DNA from: Candidatus Dormiibacterota bacterium
GTDB taxonomy: Bacteria; Chloroflexota; Dormibacteria; Aeolococcales; Aeolococcaceae
Length of the DNA: 64,000 nucleotides
Direction of reading: 5' to 3'
Assembly: GCA_963718525.1 (NCBI GenBank)
Contig: OY970355.1
Coordinates: 1,440,001 to 1,504,000 of the forward strand
This document shows positions 37,897-48,204 of the stretch, one piece after another; within the stretch, counting starts at the first letter, position 1, and each line of letters opens with the position of its first letter. Under the pieces are notes generated by a model that did not search any database, had not been told where the DNA came from, and worked only from the letters and a program-made list of their open reading frames with translations. The position numbers and the translations under genes were made by a program.

Positions 37897-38697
37897 GTGG
37901 CACCGGATCAGGAGAACGGCGTCGGCGTGGAGGCGGATCGCGCGATCATGGCCTTCATCCGAGAGTCGCGGAGGGCACGCGAGCTTCCGCGGGCCGGGCC
38001 GTTCGCGCTCCTCTTCACCGAGGGGACACGACTGCGTTTCCTGAACTACGCGATTCCCGACGACGACGCCGACCCGGACGACTCGGAGCTTGACACGCTG
38101 GTCGCGGCGTTCCGGACCGCGGACCGCATCCCGCGCGTCGAGTTCCTGCCATCTGTGGCGCCAGCACTGGAGCCACGTTTGACTTCCCACGGGTGGACCA
38201 TCGAGGATCGTCTGCCACTCATGACCTACACGGAGACGATGGTTCGCGAACTGCCGCCGCCCGACGGCATCCTGGTCGACGCGCCGCCGGATGACGCGAC
38301 GCTGCTCGAGATGGCTCGCCTGCAGCACGATGTCTTCGACGACCCGGAGCCCGCCGACGCACGCACGGTCGAAAGGTTGCGCCGTTCGCTCTCCCGAGGA
38401 GGGCGGGCGCTCGTCGGCCGGGATGTCGAGACGGGCGCAGTGGTGGGAGCAGCACTGTCCGGGGCGCCCGCCGGCGGGGCGACGGAGGTGGTCGGCGTGG
38501 CGATTGCGCCCTCCCACCGCAGACGGGGGCTCGCTGCAGCGCTGGTGTCGGCGCTCGTGTCTCTTGGGCTCGACGCGGGACTGACAACGATCTTCCTCGA
38601 GGCTGCGCCCGGGGCAGACGGCGCCTACCGCAACGCGGGATTCAGGCGGACGTCGACGAGCGTGCACATATCGTTGGGCGGTGACGCCGACGCCTGA
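37897..38697 (+). CDS. GNAT-family N-acetyltransferase
   Basis: VAIAPSHRRRGLAAAL acetyl-CoA motif A; AYRNAGF. Confidence 0.85.
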   Translation: MAPDQENGVGVEADRAIMAFIRESRRARELPRAGPFALLFTEGTRLRFLNYAIPDDDADPDDSELDTLVAAFRTADRIPRVEFLPSVAPALEPRLTSHGWTIEDRLPLMTYTETMVRELPPPDGILVDAPPDDATLLEMARLQHDVFDDPEPADARTVERLRRSLSRGGRALVGRDVETGAVVGAALSGAPAGGATEVVGVAIAPSHRRRGLAAALVSALVSLGLDAGLTTIFLEAAPGADGAYRNAGFRRTSTSVHISLGGDADA

Positions 38698-39979
38698 CCC
38701 GGTCCCCGCCGCGGAGCGCCGATGGCCGCCTCCGGCCCTTCGGGTGCGGCCGTTCCGCTGGTACTGGGCAGCGCAATGGCCGACCCTGCTCGGCACCTGG
38801 ATGCAGGTGGTCGCCCTCGGGTATCTCGTCTACCAGCGGACCGGGAGCACGACAGCAGTGGCCGCGGTGGCGGCCGCCGATGGGATCCCGTCGGTGATCC
38901 TCTCGCTGGCCGGTGGAGTCCTCGCTGACCGCCTGCCCCGGCGACGGATCCTGCTGGTCACCCAGTCGCTGCTCGGGCTCAGCGCCGGGTCGCTGGCGGT
39001 CCTGGTCGCGACCAACCACGCGAGCTTCGCGGCAATCCTTGTCGTGGCGATCGTGTTCGGCGCCACCGATGCTGCGGACCTGCCAACCCGCCAGGCACTC
39101 GTCGCCGACCTGGTGGAGCGGCACCTGGTGGTCAACGCCGTCGCGCTTGGCGCGGCCGCGATGAGCGCCACGCGTATCGTCGGCCCCTCCGTGGCCGGTC
39201 TCCTGATCGGGCTCGCCGGCCCGGCTGTCTGCTTCGGATTCCTCGCCGTGGCATACCTGGCTCCGATCGTCGTGCTGCTGACGGTCATCCCCGACGTCGC
39301 GCCCCTGCCAAGGCAGGCAGGCGCGACCGCCTGGCATGACCTGACCGCCGGCCTCCGGGTGGCAGCGGCGGATCCACTCGTCCGTGGCGTGGTGATCGTC
39401 GCCTCGGTTCTGGCGTTCTGCGGCGTCTCCTACATGCCGTTCCTGCCCGTCCTGGCCAAAACACAGCTGCACGTGGGACCGGCGGCGCTCGGCATCATGT
39501 ACAGCGTCGGCGGGATCGGCGGCCTCGTCGGCGGTCTGGCGATCGCCTCGCTGGGACGAGGAGCGGGACGGCTCCAGCTGATGCTCGTCGGCGGCGTCGT
39601 GTATGCAGCGAGCCTGTTCACCGTGGCCCATGGAGCGGTGCTCGCGGTCACGCTGCCCGCGCTCGTCGGGATCAGCTTCGCCTTCGTCGCCGTGAGCACG
39701 TCGATGACCACCCTCCTCCAGACCGACACCGATCCTGCGTTGCGCGGCAGGCTCCTCGGCATCTACGCAACGATCTTTGCCGGCCTGCAACCGCTGGGAA
39801 CCGTGGCATACGGTGTGATGGCCCACTCGGTGGGGTTGTTCAACGCCATCGGGGTGGGTGCCCTGCTCGTCGGAGCGGCAACCGTGCTCGTGGTGGTCAC
39901 GCCGTCGTTCCGGGCCCGCGTCAGCGGGCTCAGCGTGGGCCGAGCCGGGGCGGCCGTAGCCCCCGATACACTGGGCTGA
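38681..39979 (+). CDS. MFS transporter (MFS_3/EntS-like)
   Basis: GTWMQVVA, GGVLADRLPRRRIL, PTRQAL, RIVGP, LRGRLLG. Confidence 0.92.
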   Translation: MTPTPDPVPAAERRWPPPALRVRPFRWYWAAQWPTLLGTWMQVVALGYLVYQRTGSTTAVAAVAAADGIPSVILSLAGGVLADRLPRRRILLVTQSLLGLSAGSLAVLVATNHASFAAILVVAIVFGATDAADLPTRQALVADLVERHLVVNAVALGAAAMSATRIVGPSVAGLLIGLAGPAVCFGFLAVAYLAPIVVLLTVIPDVAPLPRQAGATAWHDLTAGLRVAAADPLVRGVVIVASVLAFCGVSYMPFLPVLAKTQLHVGPAALGIMYSVGGIGGLVGGLAIASLGRGAGRLQLMLVGGVVYAASLFTVAHGAVLAVTLPALVGISFAFVAVSTSMTTLLQTDTDPALRGRLLGIYATIFAGLQPLGTVAYGVMAHSVGLFNAIGVGALLVGAATVLVVVTPSFRARVSGLSVGRAGAAVAPDTLG

Positions 39980-39981
39980 GG

Positions 39982-40941
39982 ATGGTGCATCGACGAGGCG
40001 GGGCTGCGGTCGCGGCACTCTGCACAGCGGTGATCGCGGCGTGCGGCTCGAACCAGCCCGCTGCGGTCGCCGCATCCCCGGTGATCGCGCGCGTCGCCTC
40101 GGACACCATCACGCTCGCGCAGTTCAACGTCCGGTACCAGAGCGCTTCCACCAGCATCGAACAGGGCGGCGCGGGTAAGAATCCACCTCCTGCTGCGGTC
40201 ACGCAACTGCGCGCCGCGATTCTGCGCAGCCTGATTCTCGACACGGTGATTCGCGAAGAGGCGACACGGCTCGGCGTCGTGGCGACCCCGGCGGAAGTGT
40301 CCGCCGAGGTGGCGACCGACGCGCAACAGGCGGGTGGTCTGAGCGCGCTCAAGACCGAGCTCGCCGGCGCGGGTGGGTCGATCGCTCAGCTCGAGGACGA
40401 GATCTCCTCGAACCTCAATGAACAGCGCGTCGAGAACGTCTTCGCGCAGCAGCGCGCCGCACTCGTCGAGACGACGCTCGCGACCGGCGCGAGCTTCATC
40501 ACGACTGCCAAGACGTATTCGGACGATTCGGGCTCCACGGGGACGGCAGCCAAGGGTGGCGATCTGGGTGTCCTGACGGCGACGCAACTCAAGACGTACG
40601 ACCCGTCCTTCGCGACAGCCGTTGAGTCGCTTCCGGTCGGCGCGTACACGAAAACCCCCGTCCACGACGCCGGGGGCTACGACATCGTGATGGTGTATTC
40701 GAAGTCCGCGGCGGGGTGGGGTGTTCGCCACATCCTGATCTATGCGGGGAACCCGTACAACGTGATGGACCGGCCGGGTTGGTTCGCTGACGCGCTGTTC
40801 ACCGCGGTCAACCAGCTCTGCGCCGCGAACCAGATCGTGGTGTCGCTGACCAATGCAGGTGGCAATCCGTGCACGCCGAGCCCGAGTCCCACGGCTGCAA
40901 GTCCGACCCCAAGGCCGACCGCGACTGCCCCTGCCGCGTGA
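39982..40941 (+). CDS. PrsA/SurA-like foldase lipoprotein (parvulin-type PPIase)
   Basis: IAAC lipobox, SurA-N-like helical region, AKTYSDD...KGGDLG, F..AVESLPVG..T.PV...GYDI. Confidence 0.8.
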   Translation: MVHRRGGAAVAALCTAVIAACGSNQPAAVAASPVIARVASDTITLAQFNVRYQSASTSIEQGGAGKNPPPAAVTQLRAAILRSLILDTVIREEATRLGVVATPAEVSAEVATDAQQAGGLSALKTELAGAGGSIAQLEDEISSNLNEQRVENVFAQQRAALVETTLATGASFITTAKTYSDDSGSTGTAAKGGDLGVLTATQLKTYDPSFATAVESLPVGAYTKTPVHDAGGYDIVMVYSKSAAGWGVRHILIYAGNPYNVMDRPGWFADALFTAVNQLCAANQIVVSLTNAGGNPCTPSPSPTAASPTPRPTATAPAA

Positions 40942-41504
40942 GGTGCTTCCTCGCGGTGCCGCTCGAGGAGCCAGGCCTCGGGACGGCGCAGCGGCTGCAG
41001 GCTGACCTCCGTGAGCGAGTTCCGGAGGTGCGCTGGGCGCGACCCGAAACTCTTCATCTGACCGTGCACTTCTTCGGACAGCTCGATGACCGGCGGGCCG
41101 CCACCGCGCTTGCGCTCGTCACGCCGATCGCCCCCAACACATTCACATTCGACGTGGCCCTGGATCGGCTTGGTGCCTTTCCGCAGCGCGGCACACCCCA
41201 TGTCTTGTGGCTTGGACCAGCGGGCGACGTCCCCGAGCTCACCGCGCTCGCGCTCGAATGTCGCGACGTGCTTGGCGTCGCGGGCTTCGACATCGAAGAG
41301 CGGTCATTCCATCCGCACTGCACGCTCGGCAGACCCCGTATGCCGTGGAGCGAGACGGCGCGTGCGGCGTGGACCGCCGCTGTGGCCGAATCTCGGCCGG
41401 ACGTCCATTTCACCGCGTCACGTCTCGTGCTCTTCGAGTCGCGATCCGCGCCGGAAGGCGCAATCTACGCGGAACGATCGTCGCTGTTGTTGGCTTCGCG
41501 CTGA
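40938..41504 (+). CDS. thpR: RNA 2',3'-cyclic phosphodiesterase (2H family)
   Basis: RCFLAV, HLTVHFFG and FHPHCTLGR 2H motifs, LFESR. Confidence 0.9.
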   Translation: MRCFLAVPLEEPGLGTAQRLQADLRERVPEVRWARPETLHLTVHFFGQLDDRRAATALALVTPIAPNTFTFDVALDRLGAFPQRGTPHVLWLGPAGDVPELTALALECRDVLGVAGFDIEERSFHPHCTLGRPRMPWSETARAAWTAAVAESRPDVHFTASRLVLFESRSAPEGAIYAERSSLLLASR

Positions 41505-41510
41505 CTGCGG

Positions 41511-44192
41511 TCAGCGGTCGCGCGGGTCCGCGAGCTCGGTCTCGAGCCCGTAGTGCTCGATGGCGGCGGCGACGACATGACGAGGGAGCTTCTCCTGCTG
41601 CGCGAGTCCGTCCAGCACGGCGACTGAGATCGATTCTGCGTCGACCTCGAAGTGCCGGCGCAGCGCAGCTCGCGTGTCGCTGCGGCCGTATCCATCGGTG
41701 CCGAGCGGGATGAACGGGACAGTGACGAATCGACCGATCTGATCGGGCACCGCCTTCATGTAGTCGGTCACCGCAACGATCGGCCCGCCGTCACCACCCA
41801 ACTGCTCATCGATGTACGCGACGCGCGGTTCAGCGTCCGGATGGAGCCGGTTCCAGCGCTCGACCTCGAGCGCGTCCTGGCGCAGCAGCTGGAAGCTCGT
41901 GGCGCTCCAGACCTCGGCGGCGACGTCGTGCTGTTCGAGCAGCATGGCCTGCGCCTCGAGGGCGGCCTGCACTGCGGTGCCGCTGGCGAGAATGCGCGCT
42001 CGGTGGGTGCGCTCGCCCTCCGCGGGCCTGTAGCGGTACAGACCCCGAAGGATGCCGTCGTCGCTGCCGTCCGGCATCGGCGGCATGGGGTAGTTCTCGT
42101 TGTACAGCGTGATGTAGTAGAAGATGTCCTCGCCGTCGACGTACATCCGGCGCATGCCGTCGCGAATGACTGTCGCAAGCTCGAACGCGAAGGCGGGATC
42201 GTAGATGCGCACGTTCGGGATCGCGCTGAAGAGCAGCGGCGAATGCCCGTCCTCGTGTTGCAGACCCTCGCCGTTCAGCGTGGTGCGTCCGGCGGTGCCG
42301 CCGAGCATGAAGCCGCGACCGCGTGAGTCGCCGAACGCCCAGATGAGGTCGCCGACACGCTGATACCCGAACATCGAGTAGTAGATGTAGAACGGAATCA
42401 CGGCCTGGCCGTGGGTGGCATACGCAGTCCCCGCCGCTGTGAAGCTGCCCATCGAGCCGGCTTCGGTGATGCCCTCCTCGAGGATCTGCCCGTCGACCGC
42501 TTCACGATAGGACAGCACCATGCCCGCATCCACGGGTTCGTACGTCTGGCCGAATGGCGCGTAGATCTTCACCTCGCTGAAGAGCGCATCCATGCCGAAG
42601 GTGCGCGCCTCATCCGGGATGATCGGCACGACTCGGTTGCCGATGCCCGGATCGCGGAGCAGGTTGCGCAGCAGACCGGCGAACACCATCGTCGTCGACG
42701 CCGCGCGTGTGCCACTCCCGGAGAGGAACTCCGCGTAGGGCGCGTCACCGGGCAGCTCGAGCGGCTTGGACCGCACCACCCTGCGCGGGAGCATCCCACC
42801 GAGCGCGCGCCGGCGCATGAGCAGGTACTCGACCTCGTCGGAATTCGCACCCGGATGGTAGTAGGGGGGCTTGGCGTCGGCGAGTCGCTTGTCGGTGATG
42901 GGCAGCTCGAGCAGATCGCGAAACGCGCGCAGCTCGGCTTCGCCGATCTTCTTGATCTGGTGGGTCGAGTTGCGCGCCTCGAAACCGGTGCCGAGCGTCC
43001 ATCCCTTGACGGTGTGGGCGAGGATCACCGTCGGCGCTCCGTGCTGTTCGAGTGCCAGCTTGTAGGCCGAATACACCTTGCGATAGTCGTGACCGCCGCG
43101 GCGCAGGTGGCGAAGGTCGTCGTCGGACAGATGCTCGACCATCTTGCGCAGACGCGGATCCGGGCCGAAGAAATGCTCGCGGATGTATGCGCCGCTCTCG
43201 GTCGCGTACTTCTGGAACTCTCCATCCGGGACTCGATTCATCTGATCCACGAGCACGCCGTGCACGTCGCGTGCGAGCAGCTCGTCCCACTCGCGGGCCC
43301 AGATCACCTTGATGACGTTCCAGCCGGCGCCGCGGAAGATTCCCTCCAGCTCCTGGATGACCTTGCCGTTGCCGCGCACCGGCCCATCGAGACGTTGCAG
43401 GTTGCAGTTGACGACGAATGTCAGGTTGTCGAGCTGCTCGCGCGCGGCCAGAGACAGCGCGCCGAGCGTCTCCGGCTCGTCGCATTCGCCGTCACCAAGG
43501 AAGCACCACACGCGGCTCTCGCTCGTGTCCGCGATGTGCCGGTTGTACAGGTAGCGGTTGAAACGCGCCTGGTAGATGGCGTTGAGCGGCCCGAGGCCCA
43601 TGGACACCGTCGGAAACTCCCAGAAGTCGGGCATCAGACGCGGATGCGGATACGAGCTGAGCCCGTTGCCTCCCGTCTCCTGACGGAAGTTGTCCATCTG
43701 CGCTTCGGTGATCCGGCCCTCGAGGTACGCGTGCGAGTACATGCCCGGCGCCGCGTGCCCCTGGTAGTAGATCTGGTCGCCGGAGGTGCCGTCGTCCTTG
43801 CCACGGAAGAAGTGGTTGAACCCGACCTCGTAGAGCGACGCCGCCGACGCGTACGTGGAGAGATGCCCACCGATACCGTCGCTTCGCTTGTTCGCCCTGG
43901 TGACCATGGCCGCGGCGTTCCAGCGAACGATGCGGCGGATGCGCCGCTCCATCTCCTCGTCACCGGGAAACCAGGGCTCCTCGTCGGGCGGAATCGTGTT
44001 GATGTACGGCGTCGAGACGAGCGATGGCACGGGCACCTGCAGGCGGCGCGCGCGCTCGAGGAGCTTGCCGATCACAAAGCGCGCCCGAACCGTGCCCTCG
44101 GAAGCGACCAGCGCATCAAGGGACTCCAGCCACTCGGCGGTCTCCGCGGCGTCCGCGTCGGGAAGCTGGTGAAGGAAGGCGTCGAACGTCAT
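41511..44192 (-). CDS. aceE: Pyruvate dehydrogenase E1 component, homodimeric type
   Basis: GGHLSTYAS, YPHPRLMPDFWEFPTVSMGLG, GDGECDEPE, NCNLQRLDGPV, GEGLQHEDG. Confidence 0.97.
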   Translation of the reverse strand: MTFDAFLHQLPDADAAETAEWLESLDALVASEGTVRARFVIGKLLERARRLQVPVPSLVSTPYINTIPPDEEPWFPGDEEMERRIRRIVRWNAAAMVTRANKRSDGIGGHLSTYASAASLYEVGFNHFFRGKDDGTSGDQIYYQGHAAPGMYSHAYLEGRITEAQMDNFRQETGGNGLSSYPHPRLMPDFWEFPTVSMGLGPLNAIYQARFNRYLYNRHIADTSESRVWCFLGDGECDEPETLGALSLAAREQLDNLTFVVNCNLQRLDGPVRGNGKVIQELEGIFRGAGWNVIKVIWAREWDELLARDVHGVLVDQMNRVPDGEFQKYATESGAYIREHFFGPDPRLRKMVEHLSDDDLRHLRRGGHDYRKVYSAYKLALEQHGAPTVILAHTVKGWTLGTGFEARNSTHQIKKIGEAELRAFRDLLELPITDKRLADAKPPYYHPGANSDEVEYLLMRRRALGGMLPRRVVRSKPLELPGDAPYAEFLSGSGTRAASTTMVFAGLLRNLLRDPGIGNRVVPIIPDEARTFGMDALFSEVKIYAPFGQTYEPVDAGMVLSYREAVDGQILEEGITEAGSMGSFTAAGTAYATHGQAVIPFYIYYSMFGYQRVGDLIWAFGDSRGRGFMLGGTAGRTTLNGEGLQHEDGHSPLLFSAIPNVRIYDPAFAFELATVIRDGMRRMYVDGEDIFYYITLYNENYPMPPMPDGSDDGILRGLYRYRPAEGERTHRARILASGTAVQAALEAQAMLLEQHDVAAEVWSATSFQLLRQDALEVERWNRLHPDAEPRVAYIDEQLGGDGGPIVAVTDYMKAVPDQIGRFVTVPFIPLGTDGYGRSDTRAALRRHFEVDAESISVAVLDGLAQQEKLPRHVVAAAIEHYGLETELADPRDR

Positions 44193-44420
44193 TCGAAGCG
44201 AGGATATACACCCGGGAGCCGGAAACCGCCTGCGTTACCGATTGCGGTCTTTGCACCAACCTGTGGTACTGTCTTGGCAAGTGCTCGCGTATCGGCGAGC
44301 CATGCCTCTTGGTGAACCCTCTCTCCGCCGGTCATCGGCGGGTCTCAAGAATCCGGCACACGACAGTCCAGCGAGGGGATTCTGGGATAACGGGGATGGC
44401 CCGGGTCCCGAGGTACCACG

Positions 44421-45674
44421 GTGACAACGTTTGAATCCATCGGCGTGCGTCCGCGCACGTCCGCCGCTCTCCGCGAGAACGGTTTCACAGAGGCCAACAC
44501 CGTCCAGCAGGAGGCGATCCCGCCGCTGCTCGCGCGTCACGACTGCGTGATCGAGGCGCCGACCGGGTCGGGGAAGACGCTCGCATACGTCGTGCCCATG
44601 GTCGAGCGGCTCGCCGGGCACCAGGGTCACGGCGCCAGGGCGCTGATCGTGACCCCGACGCGTGAGCTCGCAACCCAGGTGAACGCGGTGATCCGCAAGG
44701 TCGACCCTGCGCTGCGCACGGTGATCTGCATCGGCGGGGTCGGCTATGGTCCGCAAACCGGCGGTCTGCGCAATGCCCCGGACGTGATCGTCGGCTGCCC
44801 GGGACGGCTTCTCGACCTCGCAAGCAACGGCCTCGCACGCCTCCGGGACATCGAATACCTCGTCCTCGACGAGGCCGACGAGATGCTCGACCAGGGTTTC
44901 GCCAAGGATGTCGAGAAGATCATCTCGATGTGCCCCAACTTCAGCAGCAGCGCTCGGCGCCAGACGGTGCTCGCCTCGGCGACGATGCCCGACTGGGTGC
45001 AGCGCATGATCACCAAGCACCTGTACGAACCGGCGCGCGTGCGGGTCGTGAACGAACAGGTGCCCGCGCTCGAGCACGGCGTCATGAACGTCGTCAAGTC
45101 GCAGAAGATCGACGCGCTGTCCAGGCTGCTGCGCCGGCAGCGGACCACCGAGCTCAACCAGACCATCGTCTTCCACCGCACCAAGCACGGTGCCAAGAAG
45201 CTCGTTCGCGATCTACTTCGCATGGGCCACGCTGCCGGTGAGCTCCAGGGCAACCTGTCGCAGAATGCGCGTGACCGCGCACTTGATTCGTTTCGTGCGA
45301 ATCGCACCGAGGTCCTCGTCGCCACCAACGTCGCGGCCCGTGGGATCGACGTTGTCAACGTTGGCCTGGTGATCAACTTCGAGCTTCCGGAGACTCCTCA
45401 GTGGCTCACCCACCGGGTCGGGCGCACCGCGCGCAACGGCAACGAGGGCAAGGCGATCACGTTTCTCAGCGAGGATGACGGCGAACAGTGGCGCAAGCTG
45501 CGCCGTCTCGGGGCTCCGGCGCTGCCGGAGATCGACGGGACGCTGCTGCTCACCACCGGCGAATGGAAGCTCGGCGCTCCGCCGCGCGAGACTACGCCAG
45601 CGCCTGCTCCAGGTCGGCCACTAAGTCGTCGACGTCCTCAATACCGACGGACAGGCGCAGCAGCCCGTCGCTGA
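44421..45674 (+). CDS. DEAD-box RNA helicase
   Basis: Q motif, APTGSGKT, PTRELA, DEAD, SAT, ARGID, HRVGRTAR. Confidence 0.95.
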   Translation: MTTFESIGVRPRTSAALRENGFTEANTVQQEAIPPLLARHDCVIEAPTGSGKTLAYVVPMVERLAGHQGHGARALIVTPTRELATQVNAVIRKVDPALRTVICIGGVGYGPQTGGLRNAPDVIVGCPGRLLDLASNGLARLRDIEYLVLDEADEMLDQGFAKDVEKIISMCPNFSSSARRQTVLASATMPDWVQRMITKHLYEPARVRVVNEQVPALEHGVMNVVKSQKIDALSRLLRRQRTTELNQTIVFHRTKHGAKKLVRDLLRMGHAAGELQGNLSQNARDRALDSFRANRTEVLVATNVAARGIDVVNVGLVINFELPETPQWLTHRVGRTARNGNEGKAITFLSEDDGEQWRKLRRLGAPALPEIDGTLLLTTGEWKLGAPPRETTPAPAPGRPLSRRRPQYRRTGAAARR

Positions 45675-46743
45675 CGCCGACCCGCCTCCGGGTCTCCTCG
45701 GGTACCGACGCGTGGGTCATCAACGCCGGGCTTTCGGCGAGGGACTCCACGGCGCCGAGTGATTCCGCGAGCGTGAACACGCGAAGTCGCTCGAGAAACG
45801 AGCGCGCTGCGTCTCCCGAGGACACCGCGAATGACACCACGCCGCCGAAGTACCCGCCCATCTGGCGCCGGGCGAGGGCGTGGCCGGGGTTGCTCTCGAG
45901 TCCGGGGTAGTACACCTGGACCACGGCGTCCTGACCCTCGAGCCAACGAGCGATGGTCAAGGCGCTCTCGCACTGACGTAGCACCCGGAGTTGGAGCGTT
46001 TTCAGCCCGCGGAGCAGCAACCAGCAGTCGAATGGGGAGGGAACCGCGCCGACGGCGTTCTGGTGGAAGCGCAATCGCTCCGCAAGGGCATCGTCCGATG
46101 TGAGCACCGCTCCGCCGAGGACATCACTGTGGCCGCCGAGAAATTTCGTCGAGCTGTGGATGACCAGGTCGGCGCCGAGCTCGATCGGCCGTTGCAACAC
46201 CGGGCTCGCGAAAGTGCTGTCGACTGCGACCAGCGCGCCCGCACCGTGAACAAGCTCGCTCACAGCGTCGAGGTCGACGACGCGCAGCAGGGGATTGGTC
46301 GGTGACTCGAGCCACACCAGGCGAGTGCGCTCGGTCATCGCCGCGACCACGGCATCCGGGTCGGTGGGATCCACTGCCGTGAAGGTCAGGCCGTAGCGCC
46401 GTAAGACCTTGTCGAACAGACGGAACGTGCCGCCGTAGACGTCCTCCGTGAAGACGACATGATCGCCGGGATCCAGCAGCAGCATCACGTTCGCGGTGGC
46501 GGCGAGGCCGGAGGAGAAGGCGAGACCGTGCCCGGCATTCTCGAGCGACGCCAGACACTCCTCGAGGTTTGCGCGCGTTGGATTGCCGGAGCGGGAGTAC
46601 TCGAATCCCCGATGCCGGCCCGGGGATTCCTGCGCGAAGGTCGTCGCGAGGTGAATTGGGACGACCACCGCGCCGGTGGCCGGATCCGGTCCCTGCCCGA
46701 CGTGCAGGGCGCGCGTGGCCAGACCGTGCGGCTTGTGCTGCAC
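45592..46743 (-). CDS. Cystathionine gamma-lyase/synthase (Cys/Met metabolism PLP family)
   Basis: YSRSGNPT, ESPTNP, HSSTKFLGGHSD, LAESLGAVESL, RLSVGIE. Confidence 0.93.
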   Translation of the reverse strand: MQHKPHGLATRALHVGQGPDPATGAVVVPIHLATTFAQESPGRHRGFEYSRSGNPTRANLEECLASLENAGHGLAFSSGLAATANVMLLLDPGDHVVFTEDVYGGTFRLFDKVLRRYGLTFTAVDPTDPDAVVAAMTERTRLVWLESPTNPLLRVVDLDAVSELVHGAGALVAVDSTFASPVLQRPIELGADLVIHSSTKFLGGHSDVLGGAVLTSDDALAERLRFHQNAVGAVPSPFDCWLLLRGLKTLQLRVLRQCESALTIARWLEGQDAVVQVYYPGLESNPGHALARRQMGGYFGGVVSFAVSSGDAARSFLERLRVFTLAESLGAVESLAESPALMTHASVPEETRRRVGVSDGLLRLSVGIEDVDDLVADLEQALA

Positions 46744-46746
46744 CTG

Positions 46747-48117
46747 TCAGCTGCGTCCGCGGCGGGCGACGAACTCGAGCAGGTCGCTCCGCGTGATCAC
46801 CCCAACGGGGACGTCGCCTTCGACGATCATCAGTGCCGGCTCGCCGCCCAACAGCGCCTCGAAGGCTTCCTCGATCGGCGCACCGGCGGCGACGCGGGCG
46901 AACGGTGGGTCCATCGCCGTCGACACCGACGTGGTGACCATGGTGGGGTCGCGGTAGATTCGGTCCAGCAGGGTTCGTTCCTGGATGCTGCCAACCACGC
47001 CACCACCCGAGGTGCTCCCGTTCTCTGTGACGAGCAGCTGCGAGATCCCGTACTGCTGCATGAGGTCGATCGCTTCTCCAACCGATTTGCCCGCACCGAC
47101 GCTGACGAGCTCCGGCACCCCGTCACTGTGTGAGTCGATGACCTCGCGTACGCGCGCAGGCACGAGCCGCTGCAGGTAGCCGTTCTGGCGCATCCACTCG
47201 TCGCTGAAGAACTTGCTCAGGTAGTTGCGCCCGGTATCCGGGAGGAGGACCACGATGACGTCGTCCGGCTTGGAGTCGACGGCGACCTGGATCGCCGCGT
47301 GCAGTGCGAGGCCGGCCGACCCGCCGACGAGGATCCCCTCCTGGCGTGCGAGCTTACGGGCGGCCACGAAGCTCTCGCGGTCGGTGACCTGGATGAACTC
47401 GTCGACAACGTCTCGATCAAAGGTCCCGGGCCAGAAGTCCTCGCCGACGCCTTCGACCTTGTACGGGGCGATCTCGCCGCTGTAGATCGAGCCCTCCGGG
47501 TCGGCGCCGATCACCCGGACGGCCGGGTTCTGCTCCTTGAGGTATTTGCCGGCGCCGCTGATGGTGCCGCCCGTCCCGACACCGGCGACGAACGCCGTGA
47601 TGCGGCCGTCGGTCTGACGCCAGATCTCGGGGCCCGTGGTGCGGTAATGCGCTTCGGGGTTGCGCGTGTTGAAGTACTGGTTGGGTTGATAGGCGCCCGG
47701 CACCTCACGGGTCAGCCGGTCCGCGACCGAGTAGTACGACTGCGGCGAGTCGCGCTCGACGTTGGTGGGGCAGATCACCACCTCGGCGCCGTACGCGCGC
47801 AGCAGGCTGATCTTCTCCGCCGACATCTTGTCGGGCATGACGAAGATCATCTTGTAGCCCTTGATCGCCGCGGCCATCGCAAGCCCGTGTCCGGTATTGC
47901 CGGAGGTGGGCTCGACGACGGTGCCTCCCGGGCGCAGCAGTCCACGGCGCTCCGCGTCCTCGAGCATCGAGAGCCCGATGCGGTCCTTGACGCTGCCGCC
48001 AGGGTTGAGCTGTTCGAGCTTGGCCAGGATCAGAGGCCGGAGCCCCTCGGTGACCTTGCTCAGCCGGACCAACGGGGTGTTGCCGACCAGGTCGAGGATG
48101 CTCTCGACGTACTCCAC
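46747..48117 (-). CDS. cbs: Cystathionine beta-synthase with C-terminal CBS pair
   Basis: GNTPLV, NPGGSVKDR, EPTSGNTG, GTGGT, PDTGRNYLSK, CBS domains. Confidence 0.92.
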   Translation of the reverse strand: MEYVESILDLVGNTPLVRLSKVTEGLRPLILAKLEQLNPGGSVKDRIGLSMLEDAERRGLLRPGGTVVEPTSGNTGHGLAMAAAIKGYKMIFVMPDKMSAEKISLLRAYGAEVVICPTNVERDSPQSYYSVADRLTREVPGAYQPNQYFNTRNPEAHYRTTGPEIWRQTDGRITAFVAGVGTGGTISGAGKYLKEQNPAVRVIGADPEGSIYSGEIAPYKVEGVGEDFWPGTFDRDVVDEFIQVTDRESFVAARKLARQEGILVGGSAGLALHAAIQVAVDSKPDDVIVVLLPDTGRNYLSKFFSDEWMRQNGYLQRLVPARVREVIDSHSDGVPELVSVGAGKSVGEAIDLMQQYGISQLLVTENGSTSGGGVVGSIQERTLLDRIYRDPTMVTTSVSTAMDPPFARVAAGAPIEEAFEALLGGEPALMIVEGDVPVGVITRSDLLEFVARRGRS

Positions 48118-48204
48118 TGCCCGGCCATTCTAGTGCCAGGCGGCGGTGGTCCCCGTGACCTAATTCCACTCCACCGCGCTTTTGTCGCGGCATACTGAGA
48201 ACGA

